Shown: in pieces, positions 6,767-15,794 of the stretch
Position numbering within the stretch: the first letter of the stretch is position 1
How the letters are laid out: every line of letters starts with the position of its first letter
Notes under the pieces: generated by a model
The model's database searches: none
The model's input: only the letters and a program-made list of their open reading frames with translations
Told to the model about the DNA's origin: nothing
Made by a program: the position numbers and the translations under genes
Source of the DNA: an uncultured archaeon
GTDB taxonomy: Archaea > Asgardarchaeota > Lokiarchaeia > Sigyniarchaeales > SOKP01
NCBI GenBank assembly: GCA_964583985.1
Contig: CAZOYD010000072.1
Coordinates: 1-15,878, forward strand
Length of the DNA: 15,878 nt
Direction of reading: 5' to 3'

Positions 6767-9738
6767 AAATCTTCCCGGCTCATGACCTCATCAACGGTTA
6801 TATCAATTCTGTGAGCTCTCTTTTCCTCTCTATCAGATCTACCTTTCTTTAGTTCCTTTCTTTTATTCATAACAGGTCTTATTATTATCACAACCACCAA
6901 ATATGCAAGAAAACCCATGATTCCTAACATTATCAATCCCATGAATAGGGGTAAAAAATCAAATGGCCCTACACCTCCATTATCAATAACGTCATCATAT
7001 AAGACTTGACCGCTTGGATGGAAGCCATCCTCTAGAATAAATTCGAGATAATACTCATCATTCTTACTAGGCTCAAAGACTAAGGAAAACGTCGAATATT
7101 CTTGAAAATCCTTCCTTGTAAACTCTTCAATTCTCACAGCCAAACTATTCCCTTGAATATAAGCTTTGAGTGTCGATTCGGTTGCTGGCCGGAACCCAGA
7201 GGAAAATTCGTACGATATGTTAGTGGAATATCGCACAGAGTTTCCACTTACAATCTTTTCCATACCATCAGAATAAAATCTAAATTGTGTGGAAAAAGAT
7301 AGTGGTACTTGCCCTAATAACTGAATCCCCTCATATACCACTAAATTACCCGATACTTCGGGATAACAATGTGAGCTTTCGGGGATAAGCAGATTAACTT
7401 CATATGAATTATCAAGTTTCTTTTCAAGGGGGATGGTACCGAGGGCAATGCTGTCAAAGATTACCGACACTGACTCTCCAAAATTGGTTCGAATAATATT
7501 CCGAAAGGAGGTTGAAATCGTGTTTATGCTCTCTAAAAGTAGATCAGACTCACAAGTATGGTCAAATTTCAACTCATCGTTGCTAGCCATCTCAACCAAC
7601 CAAAAGAAAGCTTCTTGGCATACTCGGTTCTTCATGGGAGTGAGATAAAATTCGTTCAATTCAAGATTGTAAAGTAAATCTAAAAGAGCATCTGTTCGTG
7701 CGAAATCAAATTCAAAATCAAGCTCCAATAATTCCGCAATTTTGAATCCGTAATAAAGGGATTGAAGGTTGTCATAATGCAAGCCATCCCTTAGAAAATT
7801 TTCAATCTTATCTATATTCACATTTAGCAAGTCTATCGCATCCAAGACATACAGCATATAATACGTGTCTTCAATTTTTTGCATCGCTGTCGAACTATTG
7901 GAAGACAGGTAATAGATCATTGTATCCGTTTCAACCACTCCCTGCAATACGAATTCATAAAAGATATTCCAACTAAAAGGAAGATCTTTCAAATCCCCTA
8001 AATCCAAGAAATCAGCAAGCAATTCCAGACATTTAATTGCGTAATAACTATACTTGAGGTGATGAAGCTTTACTTGAAAGTCTTCATAAAATATTGAAAA
8101 GCCATTATACGGTAAGAATGCCCCATAATTGGCATGATTTAATTTCTTTATCTGGGATTCTAATATCTCCACTAAGAGGTTTGAAAGATCCTGTTCAATA
8201 GCAAAATCATCCAACTTGTAGAGCTTGAGCATCGCATCCAGTGCAAAATAAGTGGTTTCATGACTGATCAGGTGATTAGTCTCATTCATCAATTCGCTTG
8301 GAAGACAGTAATATTCGATAGGACCTGAGCGAAACCAGGTACGCCCAAGATTGATCCCGGGAGTAGCGTAAAATCCAAGATATCCCGGATCAGTTAAATA
8401 ACTTCTTTTTATCCAATCATAAAAATCTGAAAAACTAAGTTCAGGCACCCTAACTTCCATGAAAAAAGCATTCACGATGGAATGCATCAACTCCAAAGAC
8501 ATGTAGTCTTGAGATAAAGGAGAAAATCCTGCACCACATCTATAATAATTCAAGGATAGGGCGAGGTCATCCTTTTCTTGTTCCGTGAGCCTTATAAGAT
8601 CTCCCGACTCCTTAAGAGCTCGTACGATTTGGAACGTGTCCATGAGCTCATGATATGGAGTCACCGAGCACACATTCCAACTCCCCAACTCGTTACGATT
8701 TTGAAACACGAAATCTAATACGGCTTCTCGATTAAACTCAGTAAATCCCGTCACGTCTGCTAACTCGACTCCAAGAGCACTGGCAAGCACATTTAGGGGG
8801 GAACAATATAAATCGATCCTCCACGTATCATCTACATCGGAATATAACTGCGAAAGAAACGAATGAAAATCACCAATTTGTATAGTTCCCACGTATCCAA
8901 GCATCTCCAAGCTCTTGATGGAATAATATGAGGAAAGGAGGTTCGGTTCCATCAAATCCAACGAATCGAAAGAAATACTTCGATCATTAAAAAATCCACC
9001 AGAACTTTGTTGCAAGCTATTAATATTAGAAACCATTACTGAAATTTCAGCTGAATAACTCCTCCAATCATCTAAAAGCAAGTCAAGCGTCATGAGAGCA
9101 AAATACGTGTTATCCATTGTAGCATTCTTGAGATCTGGATGCAAGTTAGGGGTGAAGGGCTGTCCCATGAAGCCATCATCCTCTGGATTGAAACAACTCC
9201 AAATGAACTCTATCGTGCCTTGACGATCGATGAGATCAACTGCCCCAAGTAAATCCAATGAAAGCACACCGTAACATGTCGTTTCGAGGAGAGAATTCAA
9301 TTGGAAATAATATTGAGAATTGTTCGCGTCAAGGTATCGCAATGAATAATCGTCTCGGAAAAATTGCGAAACCTCATCATGATGGTTCATTATATAATTT
9401 ATAACTTCAGTTGAATTTATCATATCTATCTTTCCAATAGCGTCCAGCACGAACAAGGCATGATACGTTGCTTGGAGTGAGTTCCTGTAATATTGAGGGA
9501 AATAACCTAAAGTATTAAAATCAGCTAATTTTCGATCAAACATCTCTCTGAGCTTATCTTCGTGACTGATTGAGGATGATAATGGTGAATCATCATCTTG
9601 CTTTAAGAGTGAATCTATTTCTAACGTCTTTCTTTCATTCATTTCAATTTGAGAAATATTTACTGGAATTAAAAGCCCAATTACTAATATCAGCAAGAAG
9701 ATTCCTGCTTTTTTATACACACAGCCGTTTTTCATCAT
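6763..9738 (-). CDS. Membrane-anchored prenyltransferase/squalene-oxidase-repeat (alpha/alpha toroid) protein
   Basis: N-terminal hydrophobic signal (IFLLILVIGLLIPV). Repeats such as IEFIWSCFNPEDDGF...ATMDNTYFALMTLDLL, INSLQQSSGGF...NLLSSYYSIKSLEMLG and VLDFVFQNRNELGSW. A beta-rich region is followed by a C-terminal TM helix and a basic tail. Confidence 0.85.
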   Translation of the reverse strand: MMKNGCVYKKAGIFLLILVIGLLIPVNISQIEMNERKTLEIDSLLKQDDDSPLSSSISHEDKLREMFDRKLADFNTLGYFPQYYRNSLQATYHALFVLDAIGKIDMINSTEVINYIMNHHDEVSQFFRDDYSLRYLDANNSQYYFQLNSLLETTCYGVLSLDLLGAVDLIDRQGTIEFIWSCFNPEDDGFMGQPFTPNLHPDLKNATMDNTYFALMTLDLLLDDWRSYSAEISVMVSNINSLQQSSGGFFNDRSISFDSLDLMEPNLLSSYYSIKSLEMLGYVGTIQIGDFHSFLSQLYSDVDDTWRIDLYCSPLNVLASALGVELADVTGFTEFNREAVLDFVFQNRNELGSWNVCSVTPYHELMDTFQIVRALKESGDLIRLTEQEKDDLALSLNYYRCGAGFSPLSQDYMSLELMHSIVNAFFMEVRVPELSFSDFYDWIKRSYLTDPGYLGFYATPGINLGRTWFRSGPIEYYCLPSELMNETNHLISHETTYFALDAMLKLYKLDDFAIEQDLSNLLVEILESQIKKLNHANYGAFLPYNGFSIFYEDFQVKLHHLKYSYYAIKCLELLADFLDLGDLKDLPFSWNIFYEFVLQGVVETDTMIYYLSSNSSTAMQKIEDTYYMLYVLDAIDLLNVNIDKIENFLRDGLHYDNLQSLYYGFKIAELLELDFEFDFARTDALLDLLYNLELNEFYLTPMKNRVCQEAFFWLVEMASNDELKFDHTCESDLLLESINTISTSFRNIIRTNFGESVSVIFDSIALGTIPLEKKLDNSYEVNLLIPESSHCYPEVSGNLVVYEGIQLLGQVPLSFSTQFRFYSDGMEKIVSGNSVRYSTNISYEFSSGFRPATESTLKAYIQGNSLAVRIEEFTRKDFQEYSTFSLVFEPSKNDEYYLEFILEDGFHPSGQVLYDDVIDNGGVGPFDFLPLFMGLIMLGIMGFLAYLVVVIIIRPVMNKRKELKKGRSDREEKRAHRIDITVDEVMSREDF

Positions 9739-9744
9739 TAACCA

Positions 9745-9790
9745 AATGATTATATAATTAATTATCTCTTCAGAATGATTATATATAAAG
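9745..9790 (-). promoter_or_regulatory. Probable promoter with a 12-bp direct repeat
   Basis: AATGATTATATA at 9745-9756 and 9774-9785. The minus strand has TTTATATATA (TATA-like) upstream of the 9738 start. Confidence 0.3.
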
Positions 9791-10117
9791 GAAAAAGTGA
9801 CATAAAAGTCTAATATAAAAATAACTAGTAGTATAACCTATATTAGAAATTGGAAATGATAATAGTGTATGAATGTTGAATCTAGACTTGCAGGTATTTT
9901 AGTTTATTATTCTTCCCATATAACTTTCATTTTAGAAACTGTAAAATCAACCATGTAATTTTAGGTTTATAATACTAATTTTATGGAAGATGGTTCAATA
10001 AAAGCGGAATTAGATAGATTTCGACCATTTTTCTCCAATTTTCAAAAATAATATCATTTCCATTAGGAATTTTGAATCAACTCCTCAAAATTTATTACTA
10101 TAAATTAATACTCAATT

Positions 10118-10438
10118 TTAAAATATAATTTTCACAATTAATAAACTTATAATTGATATTGCAATGGACATTAAAATTTTTTTTATAACCCATTTTATAA
10201 CCCAATTCTTTCTTTTCTCCCACAAGTCATCCTTTTCTTTAATACTATTATCAAAAAAATCCATTCCTATTGGAAAACTAAAACCAACTTTTTTATAAGC
10301 ATCAATTAAGCATTTCCTATATTTTATTCTTCTTTTAAAAAACCCCCAATCTTTTGGTATAAATATCTTCTTGGTTGGTTGTGTTTTCAGATATTCCTTA
10401 ATAAAACTTAAAGATATTAATTTTGTAGTTAATTTCAT
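10118..10438 (-). CDS. Small basic hypothetical protein with a C-terminal TM helix
   Basis: The ORF track gives a TTG start at 10447; the ATG at 10438 is more likely. Ends ILMSIAISIISLLIVKIIF. Very AT-rich. Confidence 0.6.
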   Translation of the reverse strand: MKLTTKLISLSFIKEYLKTQPTKKIFIPKDWGFFKRRIKYRKCLIDAYKKVGFSFPIGMDFFDNSIKEKDDLWEKRKNWVIKWVIKKILMSIAISIISLLIVKIIF

Positions 10439-10463
10439 AATAAGCAATAAATTAATATTTTCC

Positions 10464-10631
10464 TTATTTTATTTTACTCTTTAATTCCTTGACATCTTCC
10501 ATAAGTTTGTAGATAATGCAATCTTCTGGTTTGTAATCATAAGAACTACATAAAATATTTTTAAGATTATTACAATCGCCTGCATACATACAAGGATGTC
10601 CTGTTACTAGTTTTGAACCCATTTTACTCAT
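10464..10631 (-). CDS. 55-aa Cys-rich microprotein (not in ORF track)
   Basis: MSKMGSKLVTGHPCMYAGDCNNLKNILCSSYDYKPEDCIIYKLMEDVKELKSKIK*, with C-x5-C-x7-C-x9-C. It is co-oriented with and just upstream of the 10118 ORF. Confidence 0.55.
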   Translation of the reverse strand: MSKMGSKLVTGHPCMYAGDCNNLKNILCSSYDYKPEDCIIYKLMEDVKELKSKIK

Positions 10632-11009
10632 TCATTATATTTATGGATAAATAGTATTATTCAATTATTAAACTAATTACACCCTATTAATTTTTCAATT
10701 TATTAAAAATTATAATGGTAGATTTGAAGAAAAATTGTATATGATTAACGAAAAAAAATTTATTATTCTCTTTACCTCTTTTAATTTCGATTTTTTCCTA
10801 TATATAACCTTCTTCAAATTCAGTTTGTATTTTTTTTATAATGAATAGGAAAATACAGCTGAGCAGATACCTATCCCGTGTGAAGTGGTAGTTGCTGAAA
10901 AGTTTGCTGCAATTTTAACAATTAATTTCATGACCAATTTTTCCACTTTTTTTATTTAAATAATTCTGCAAAAATAAAGAGTAATAACATTCATAATAGG
11001 TAAAATCAG

Positions 11010-14000
11010 ATGACAGAACCAATAAATCAAAATGCAATTTCGCTCTATTGTCCAGAATGCAACACCAAGATCCCCCCAGAGGTATTAGAAGATAACAATG
11101 ATCCAAACGTCGTGTGTTGCCCAAGTTGCGGTGTTATCATACCAATCGAGCCACAAATCGAGATCCCTGAAATAACTCAAGAAAAAAGTGAAGAAAGCCC
11201 TCAAATACAAGTACAACAACCATCACCGAGAAGAACAGCCAAGTGGCATCTCAAACTCCTTCTCTACTTTTCCATCCATGATTTGCTTTACAGCAAGGCA
11301 AGAGTCTTCACTAAACTCAAAAAGCAGAAACATTTTAATTCATTAACCATCAAGCGATATGCAAAACAACTCCGATCTAAATTACTAAAAAGTCCCATTT
11401 CGCGCCATTTAATGACAAAATTAACCCCGCGGGAGCAAAGGAGGCTCAAAAGAGCATATCACTTATTCAAGGAATCCTTAAGGGATGACACTCAGTTCAA
11501 AAAGTACCAGATTCAAGCCATTAAGAACGGAATTCAATTCATTTTCGACGTGATGAGGGGGGATTACGAGTTTGTCACTTTTTCTTCCACGGAAAAAGAA
11601 CTCATCATGGAACTCAAGGATAAGGTCAACCCATTCAAGGATATGAGGAGCAAGAGATCCCTTGGGCGGGAGTTTACCATCATTTTCGCGCGCATCATTC
11701 ACCAGTACCTCTTTGCGTTTTCACGAACCAATGAAACACTCACGCCTGAGGTAGTTAAAGAACTCGTGGATGGGATTATTGACCAGCTTAGAGCTCAAGA
11801 CAGTATCGAATGGATCGAATCACGGATCAACATCAAGTTAAACCGAAGAGAACGCTACAATTTTAAAGTGATTCGATTATGCCTGAACATTGATTGGATC
11901 CAGAGGGAATATTATTCGGATCTCCTCGTCTCGATTGTAGAAGCAGTAGACGCACTCATGAATGACATGACGAACGAGGTTCCCATAGGCGGGCTTAGTA
12001 GGATCCTCTCGCAAGGATTTGAAGAAAGTGAATTGTTTCGACTTGACAAGGCTTTCTCGAATAGAGAAAAGCTCAACATCTCCATCGTGCTCGCTCGAAT
12101 GATTCACGCTCATATCTCCGCGGCATTCCCGCCCCCAAGGCAAGCTAATCCGAATCAAAAATTACCCCCGGCGCTATGTAGAGATATCACCGCCACTATT
12201 CTCGAAGGACTGGTAGATCACCTCGATATCAACTCCGATTTTTTGTTGCGGTTTTATAACTTCTCGCTAGATAAATTTCATGCTGCACGGGAAAAATTAC
12301 TCGAAAAACTGGAAGGCGACATGATCTACCGCGCGAGCTTGAGAACCTTTCTTACGAACTTAATTGAAACCGTGTTCAAGCTAACCCGCCAGGAACCGAA
12401 GGAATCGAAACTTACACCTTTGGAATTAAGAATACGGGAGGATCTGGAGCTATATCCATATGAATGGAGGAATGAGAATGTGAAACTATTTGAGGATGAT
12501 AAGGAGATTAAGTCTGTAGAATCTGAACAAATCGGTCTTAGTTCAGGATTAAATTTGTATGATAATGATAATTCTCATTATTTGAATAATTCATCTTATT
12601 TACGCAGTGTTAGATTATTTGATATGATTAAGGCAGTAATTAAAAGTAAGATTGATGTCACTCAAAAGGTAATTTCTCAAAATCTGGGATTATCAAGAGA
12701 TCGTCTAGGAGAATACAAGGCTATAGCTAAAAGAAGTTTAAAAACATCAAACTCAGGTGAATATTATATAAGAGCAGATTTGTTAGATTCGATAGAATTT
12801 AATATATTGAACAATCCATTCTTTTCAGGACTATATGAGTGGCAAAAAAAATCAATTGTCAGAGTTATTGATAATTATAGAAGTTGGATAGTTTCTTTGA
12901 GCATCAAGTGTGCAGAATCAGATTGGAGGTATCGGGTCCATCGTCCAGGATCTTCGGATTTAGATATTGCACTTAGGAAGAAAATGTGGCTTTTTAGGGA
13001 ACTTAGAGCTTCGTATACTCAATCTGGAGAAAAAATAATAAGTGTTGAAGAATTGGGGATTGAGTTATACGGGCATACCAATAGAATCATAGAAGCTAGG
13101 TTTTATAACAAAGAAAGAGTAGGTGGTAAAGCAGATCTTTCAATTCAGTCATTTTTAATCGCATTATCATCTGTAATGATGTCAAGGATAATAAAAGATA
13201 GATCTCGGGCATTAAATGCATTATATGACTATGGGAAATCCATCTTTAATTTTGATTTAAAAAATCCTAATCATCGTCTAATTATGATACTTATATGCGC
13301 ATTCCGTTCAGAGCCAACTATCTCAGGTGTTTTCAATCAAGATTTATTATCATTAACAAGAATGTCTGATATAATCGCAAGTATCATTCAGCCAGAGACG
13401 TTCAGTAATAGAACATTAACTAATAAAATCTGGGGGGATTTTATGTTTTATGAAAATTCTATTGAAAAAATAAAACTTGCGGTTGAAAAATTGATATCTG
13501 ATTCAAACTTAAAAAGTTATACAATAGCATATTTAAATCATTATAAAGAAAATTTCGCAATAGAACGTGATTACAAATTTGAACGGAATATTATAATTGA
13601 TAGTAATTATAAAAATATTATTAAAAACAAAGCTCTGATTGAATATCTGTCAATGATCAAAGGTTCTAAAGGTTTCCTCGAAACTCTTTTATCTAAACAA
13701 GATAAAATTTGTGGGACAAGAATTTCTTCATTCAATAATAAAATGTCATATGTTTTATCTGAGGATAAAGGAAAATTCATATCGAAGATGTTAGGATCTA
13801 AAATAAAAGCATTTTCGCCACATCAAGCGCCATCCAGCTTAGGTTTTATAAATGATCTAATGGATTTCAGCCGTAATAATTTGTATGATAAGAAATATTT
13901 GTTAAGACATGGTTCTCCTGCTCATGAGATAGTCCTACCAAGTTTGGTTGAGATTAAGGATTGGGCAATTGCTTGTGAGGTTCCTGTTTATTTAAAACCT

Positions 14001-14327
14001 CAAGATTCTGAACTTGTTGCTTTAATTGGACATATCGACTTACTGGTGTTTGTTGATGGAGTATTATATGTATGCGATTACAAACCAGACCAGCAGTCTA
14101 AAACTACCCCGTCTTATAGTTTTATTAACTCGATCCCTCAGATTGCGACCTATGCCTTGGTTCTAAAGCAGATGTTTAATCTAAGGGAGTTAAAATGTGT
14201 GACATTTAACAAGAGAGGGGTATGGTTGTATGATCCATTAACCACGTTGAATGATATTACAATTTTCATAAAAAGGAATCGAGAATCAACAGTTCTTCCT
14301 TGGGTACCTTATTTAAGAGAATTTTAA
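11010..14327 (+). CDS. Modular protein: zinc ribbon, 3 helical repeats, 3 HTH-like modules and a C-terminal PD-(D/E)xK (RecB-like) nuclease
   Basis: CPEC...CPSC at the N-terminus. Nuclease motifs ACE990VPV, GHID1010LL, VCD1023YK1025P and Q1044IATY1048. Confidence 0.88.
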   Translation: MTEPINQNAISLYCPECNTKIPPEVLEDNNDPNVVCCPSCGVIIPIEPQIEIPEITQEKSEESPQIQVQQPSPRRTAKWHLKLLLYFSIHDLLYSKARVFTKLKKQKHFNSLTIKRYAKQLRSKLLKSPISRHLMTKLTPREQRRLKRAYHLFKESLRDDTQFKKYQIQAIKNGIQFIFDVMRGDYEFVTFSSTEKELIMELKDKVNPFKDMRSKRSLGREFTIIFARIIHQYLFAFSRTNETLTPEVVKELVDGIIDQLRAQDSIEWIESRINIKLNRRERYNFKVIRLCLNIDWIQREYYSDLLVSIVEAVDALMNDMTNEVPIGGLSRILSQGFEESELFRLDKAFSNREKLNISIVLARMIHAHISAAFPPPRQANPNQKLPPALCRDITATILEGLVDHLDINSDFLLRFYNFSLDKFHAAREKLLEKLEGDMIYRASLRTFLTNLIETVFKLTRQEPKESKLTPLELRIREDLELYPYEWRNENVKLFEDDKEIKSVESEQIGLSSGLNLYDNDNSHYLNNSSYLRSVRLFDMIKAVIKSKIDVTQKVISQNLGLSRDRLGEYKAIAKRSLKTSNSGEYYIRADLLDSIEFNILNNPFFSGLYEWQKKSIVRVIDNYRSWIVSLSIKCAESDWRYRVHRPGSSDLDIALRKKMWLFRELRASYTQSGEKIISVEELGIELYGHTNRIIEARFYNKERVGGKADLSIQSFLIALSSVMMSRIIKDRSRALNALYDYGKSIFNFDLKNPNHRLIMILICAFRSEPTISGVFNQDLLSLTRMSDIIASIIQPETFSNRTLTNKIWGDFMFYENSIEKIKLAVEKLISDSNLKSYTIAYLNHYKENFAIERDYKFERNIIIDSNYKNIIKNKALIEYLSMIKGSKGFLETLLSKQDKICGTRISSFNNKMSYVLSEDKGKFISKMLGSKIKAFSPHQAPSSLGFINDLMDFSRNNLYDKKYLLRHGSPAHEIVLPSLVEIKDWAIACEVPVYLKPQDSELVALIGHIDLLVFVDGVLYVCDYKPDQQSKTTPSYSFINSIPQIATYALVLKQMFNLRELKCVTFNKRGVWLYDPLTTLNDITIFIKRNRESTVLPWVPYLREF

Positions 14328-14330
14328 GAA

Positions 14331-14358
14331 TTCTTTATTTATTTCTTCTTCACTTTTG
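14331..14358 (+). terminator. T-rich terminator after the nuclease gene
   Basis: TTCTTTATTTATTTCTTCTTCACTTTT follows the stop at 14327. Confidence 0.35.
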
Positions 14359-14671
14359 GTTTAAATAATAATGATTCTTTACAGACTTTATCTCCAAAAG
14401 GTTTGAGTTTCTGCTGATTTAACTATTCTTTTATTTCAGTAGTAAAAGATATGGTTCGCAAGAAAAACAGCATATAATCTTCAATTATGCTATTATTTTT
14501 GGGATATTACTTGAATTTATACCATCAATACTAATTTCTTCAAGCAAGGAACTACTACTAGAAAGGATTACTTATTTCAATATATACATGACCTACTGAT
14601 AATTTTAACTCAGTCAAGACAAAATACTTATCAGCATAATAAATAAATTCTAAAAAGTATTGATTTTTTTG

Positions 14672-14723
14672 GATTTTTGATTAGTATTTCTAATAATTTG
14701 TTTTAAGGGGAAATTATTAAAAC
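14672..14723 (+). repeat. Direct repeat R2, copy b, containing the chlI BRE/TATA promoter
   Basis: 45/52 identical to 2969-3020. Purine-rich AAGGGGAAA plus TTATTAAA (14714-14721) lies about 23 nt before the ATG at 14744, consistent with a leaderless or short-leader transcript. Confidence 0.8.
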
Positions 14724-14743
14724 CAACAAGATTTTTCTTCATT

Positions 14744-15787
14744 ATGAGGAAATTTTTGTTTCCATTCTCAGCAATCCTCGGTCAAGATAAAATGAAAATG
14801 GGGCTCATTTTGAACGTAATCGACCCTCAAATTGGTGGAGTATTGCTAACTGGGCAACAAGGAACTGGAAAATCGACTGCTGTTCGAAGCTTAGTTGAAG
14901 TCATGCCTGAAATTGAAGTGGTTAAAGGATGCGTATTTTCTTGCGATCCGAATTTAGAATCCGAAGATTTATGCGATGAATGTCGCGAAAAGAGAAAAAA
15001 TGGTACAATTGAGCTTGAAAAGAGGAAAATGCGAATCACAGAGCTGCCCTTAGGAGTAACAGAAGATATGGTCTGCGGTGCGCTCTCTATTGATAAAGTC
15101 CTCACTGAAGGAATCCGAAGCCTTCATCCAGGGTTACTTGCTAAAGCAAATCGGGGCATATTATATGTAGATGAGATTAATTTACTCCAAGATCATATAG
15201 TTGATGTCTTATTAGACTCTGCCGCATCTGGAGTGAACATCATTGAACGTGAAGGAATTTCAGTGGCTCATCCCTCTCGATTTGTATTGGTCGGTAGTAT
15301 GAACCCCGAGGAAGGAGAACTCAGGCCGCAAATAGCGGATCGTCTTGGATTGGAGGTTAAAATTAAAGCACCTCGAGATCGTAAGCTACGAGCAGACATA
15401 ACTCGGAGTGTAATCGAGTTTGATGATAATCCCAAAGAATTTATCAAACCTTTCGAACATGAACAAGAATTATTAAAGACCAAGATTATAAAAGCGAGAC
15501 AAATTCTTAAAGATGTCGTAGTTCCGATATCTGTTTTTGAATTTGTCTCGGAGATTGTGAGTGAATTGGGCATTTTTTCTCAACGAGCAGACATAACTTT
15601 CATTCGATGTGCCCGTGCTCATGCAGCTTTGGAAGGAAGAAAAGAAATTGCTGAAGAAGATTTAAATGTCGCCCTCGATCTTGTTTTCGAGCATAGGATT
15701 CAATCACTTCATTATGAAATGACACCTGAAGAAGTTAAGGCTAAAATTACTGAGGTTTACGGAAAATTACAGAGAATTACTCTTTAA
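14744..15787 (+). CDS. chlI: Magnesium/cobalt chelatase ChlI/BchI-family AAA+ ATPase (probably the N-terminal part of a longer ChlD-like protein)
   Basis: FPFSAILGQ, Walker A GQQGTGKST, LPLGVTEDMVCG, PGLLAKANRGILYVDEINLL (Walker B), MNPEEGELRPQIADR. The same frame stays open after the TAA to the window end. The symbol denotes the family; chlorophyll function is not implied. Confidence 0.9.
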   Translation: MRKFLFPFSAILGQDKMKMGLILNVIDPQIGGVLLTGQQGTGKSTAVRSLVEVMPEIEVVKGCVFSCDPNLESEDLCDECREKRKNGTIELEKRKMRITELPLGVTEDMVCGALSIDKVLTEGIRSLHPGLLAKANRGILYVDEINLLQDHIVDVLLDSAASGVNIIEREGISVAHPSRFVLVGSMNPEEGELRPQIADRLGLEVKIKAPRDRKLRADITRSVIEFDDNPKEFIKPFEHEQELLKTKIIKARQILKDVVVPISVFEFVSEIVSELGIFSQRADITFIRCARAHAALEGRKEIAEEDLNVALDLVFEHRIQSLHYEMTPEEVKAKITEVYGKLQRITL

Positions 15788-15794
15788 GCCGGAA
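15765..15794 (+). other. 30-nt in-frame, stop-containing segment; candidate bulge-helix-bulge mRNA intron
   Basis: CGGAAAA occurs at 15760-15766 and 15790-15796, around the hairpin TTAcAGAG-aatta-CTCTtTAA. Removing 30 nt gives ...EVYGKIEKAYEDPRAYQPSKDTEGPLKHDDTP with no stop. Confidence 0.45.

Larger units (their letters stand above)
2969..14723. mobile_element. Putative ~11.7-kb genomic island bounded by R2 repeats
   Basis: Flanking diverged direct repeats, defence-type cargo (RM, nuclease) and patchy GC. No integrase or transposase is seen. Confidence 0.4.

Noticed and set aside
9832-9850. Possible inverted partial copy of R2 (ATTTCTAATATAGGTTATA on the minus strand)
   Set aside because: It is short, AT-rich and needs a gap, so chance cannot be excluded.
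10474-10484. 11-bp match (TTACTCTTTAA) to the 30-nt chlI segment
   Set aside because: It lies inside a coding 3' end with no flanking similarity, and is plausible by chance in AT-rich DNA.
13900-14327. Cas4 / CRISPR assignment for the nuclease domain
   Set aside because: It lacks the C-terminal Fe-S cysteine cluster of Cas4, and no repeat-spacer array or other cas gene is present in the window.
1481-15573. Short ORF-track entries 1481-1723, 4926-5168, 7102-7302, 7433-7648, 10915-11124, 11478-11702, 11877-12158, 14827-15105 and 15268-15573
   Set aside because: They are antisense or alternate-frame shadows of long, motif-bearing genes and have no recognisable features.
15785-15787. Selenocysteine or pyrrolysine readthrough of the chlI stop
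   Set aside because: The codon is TAA, not TGA or TAG.
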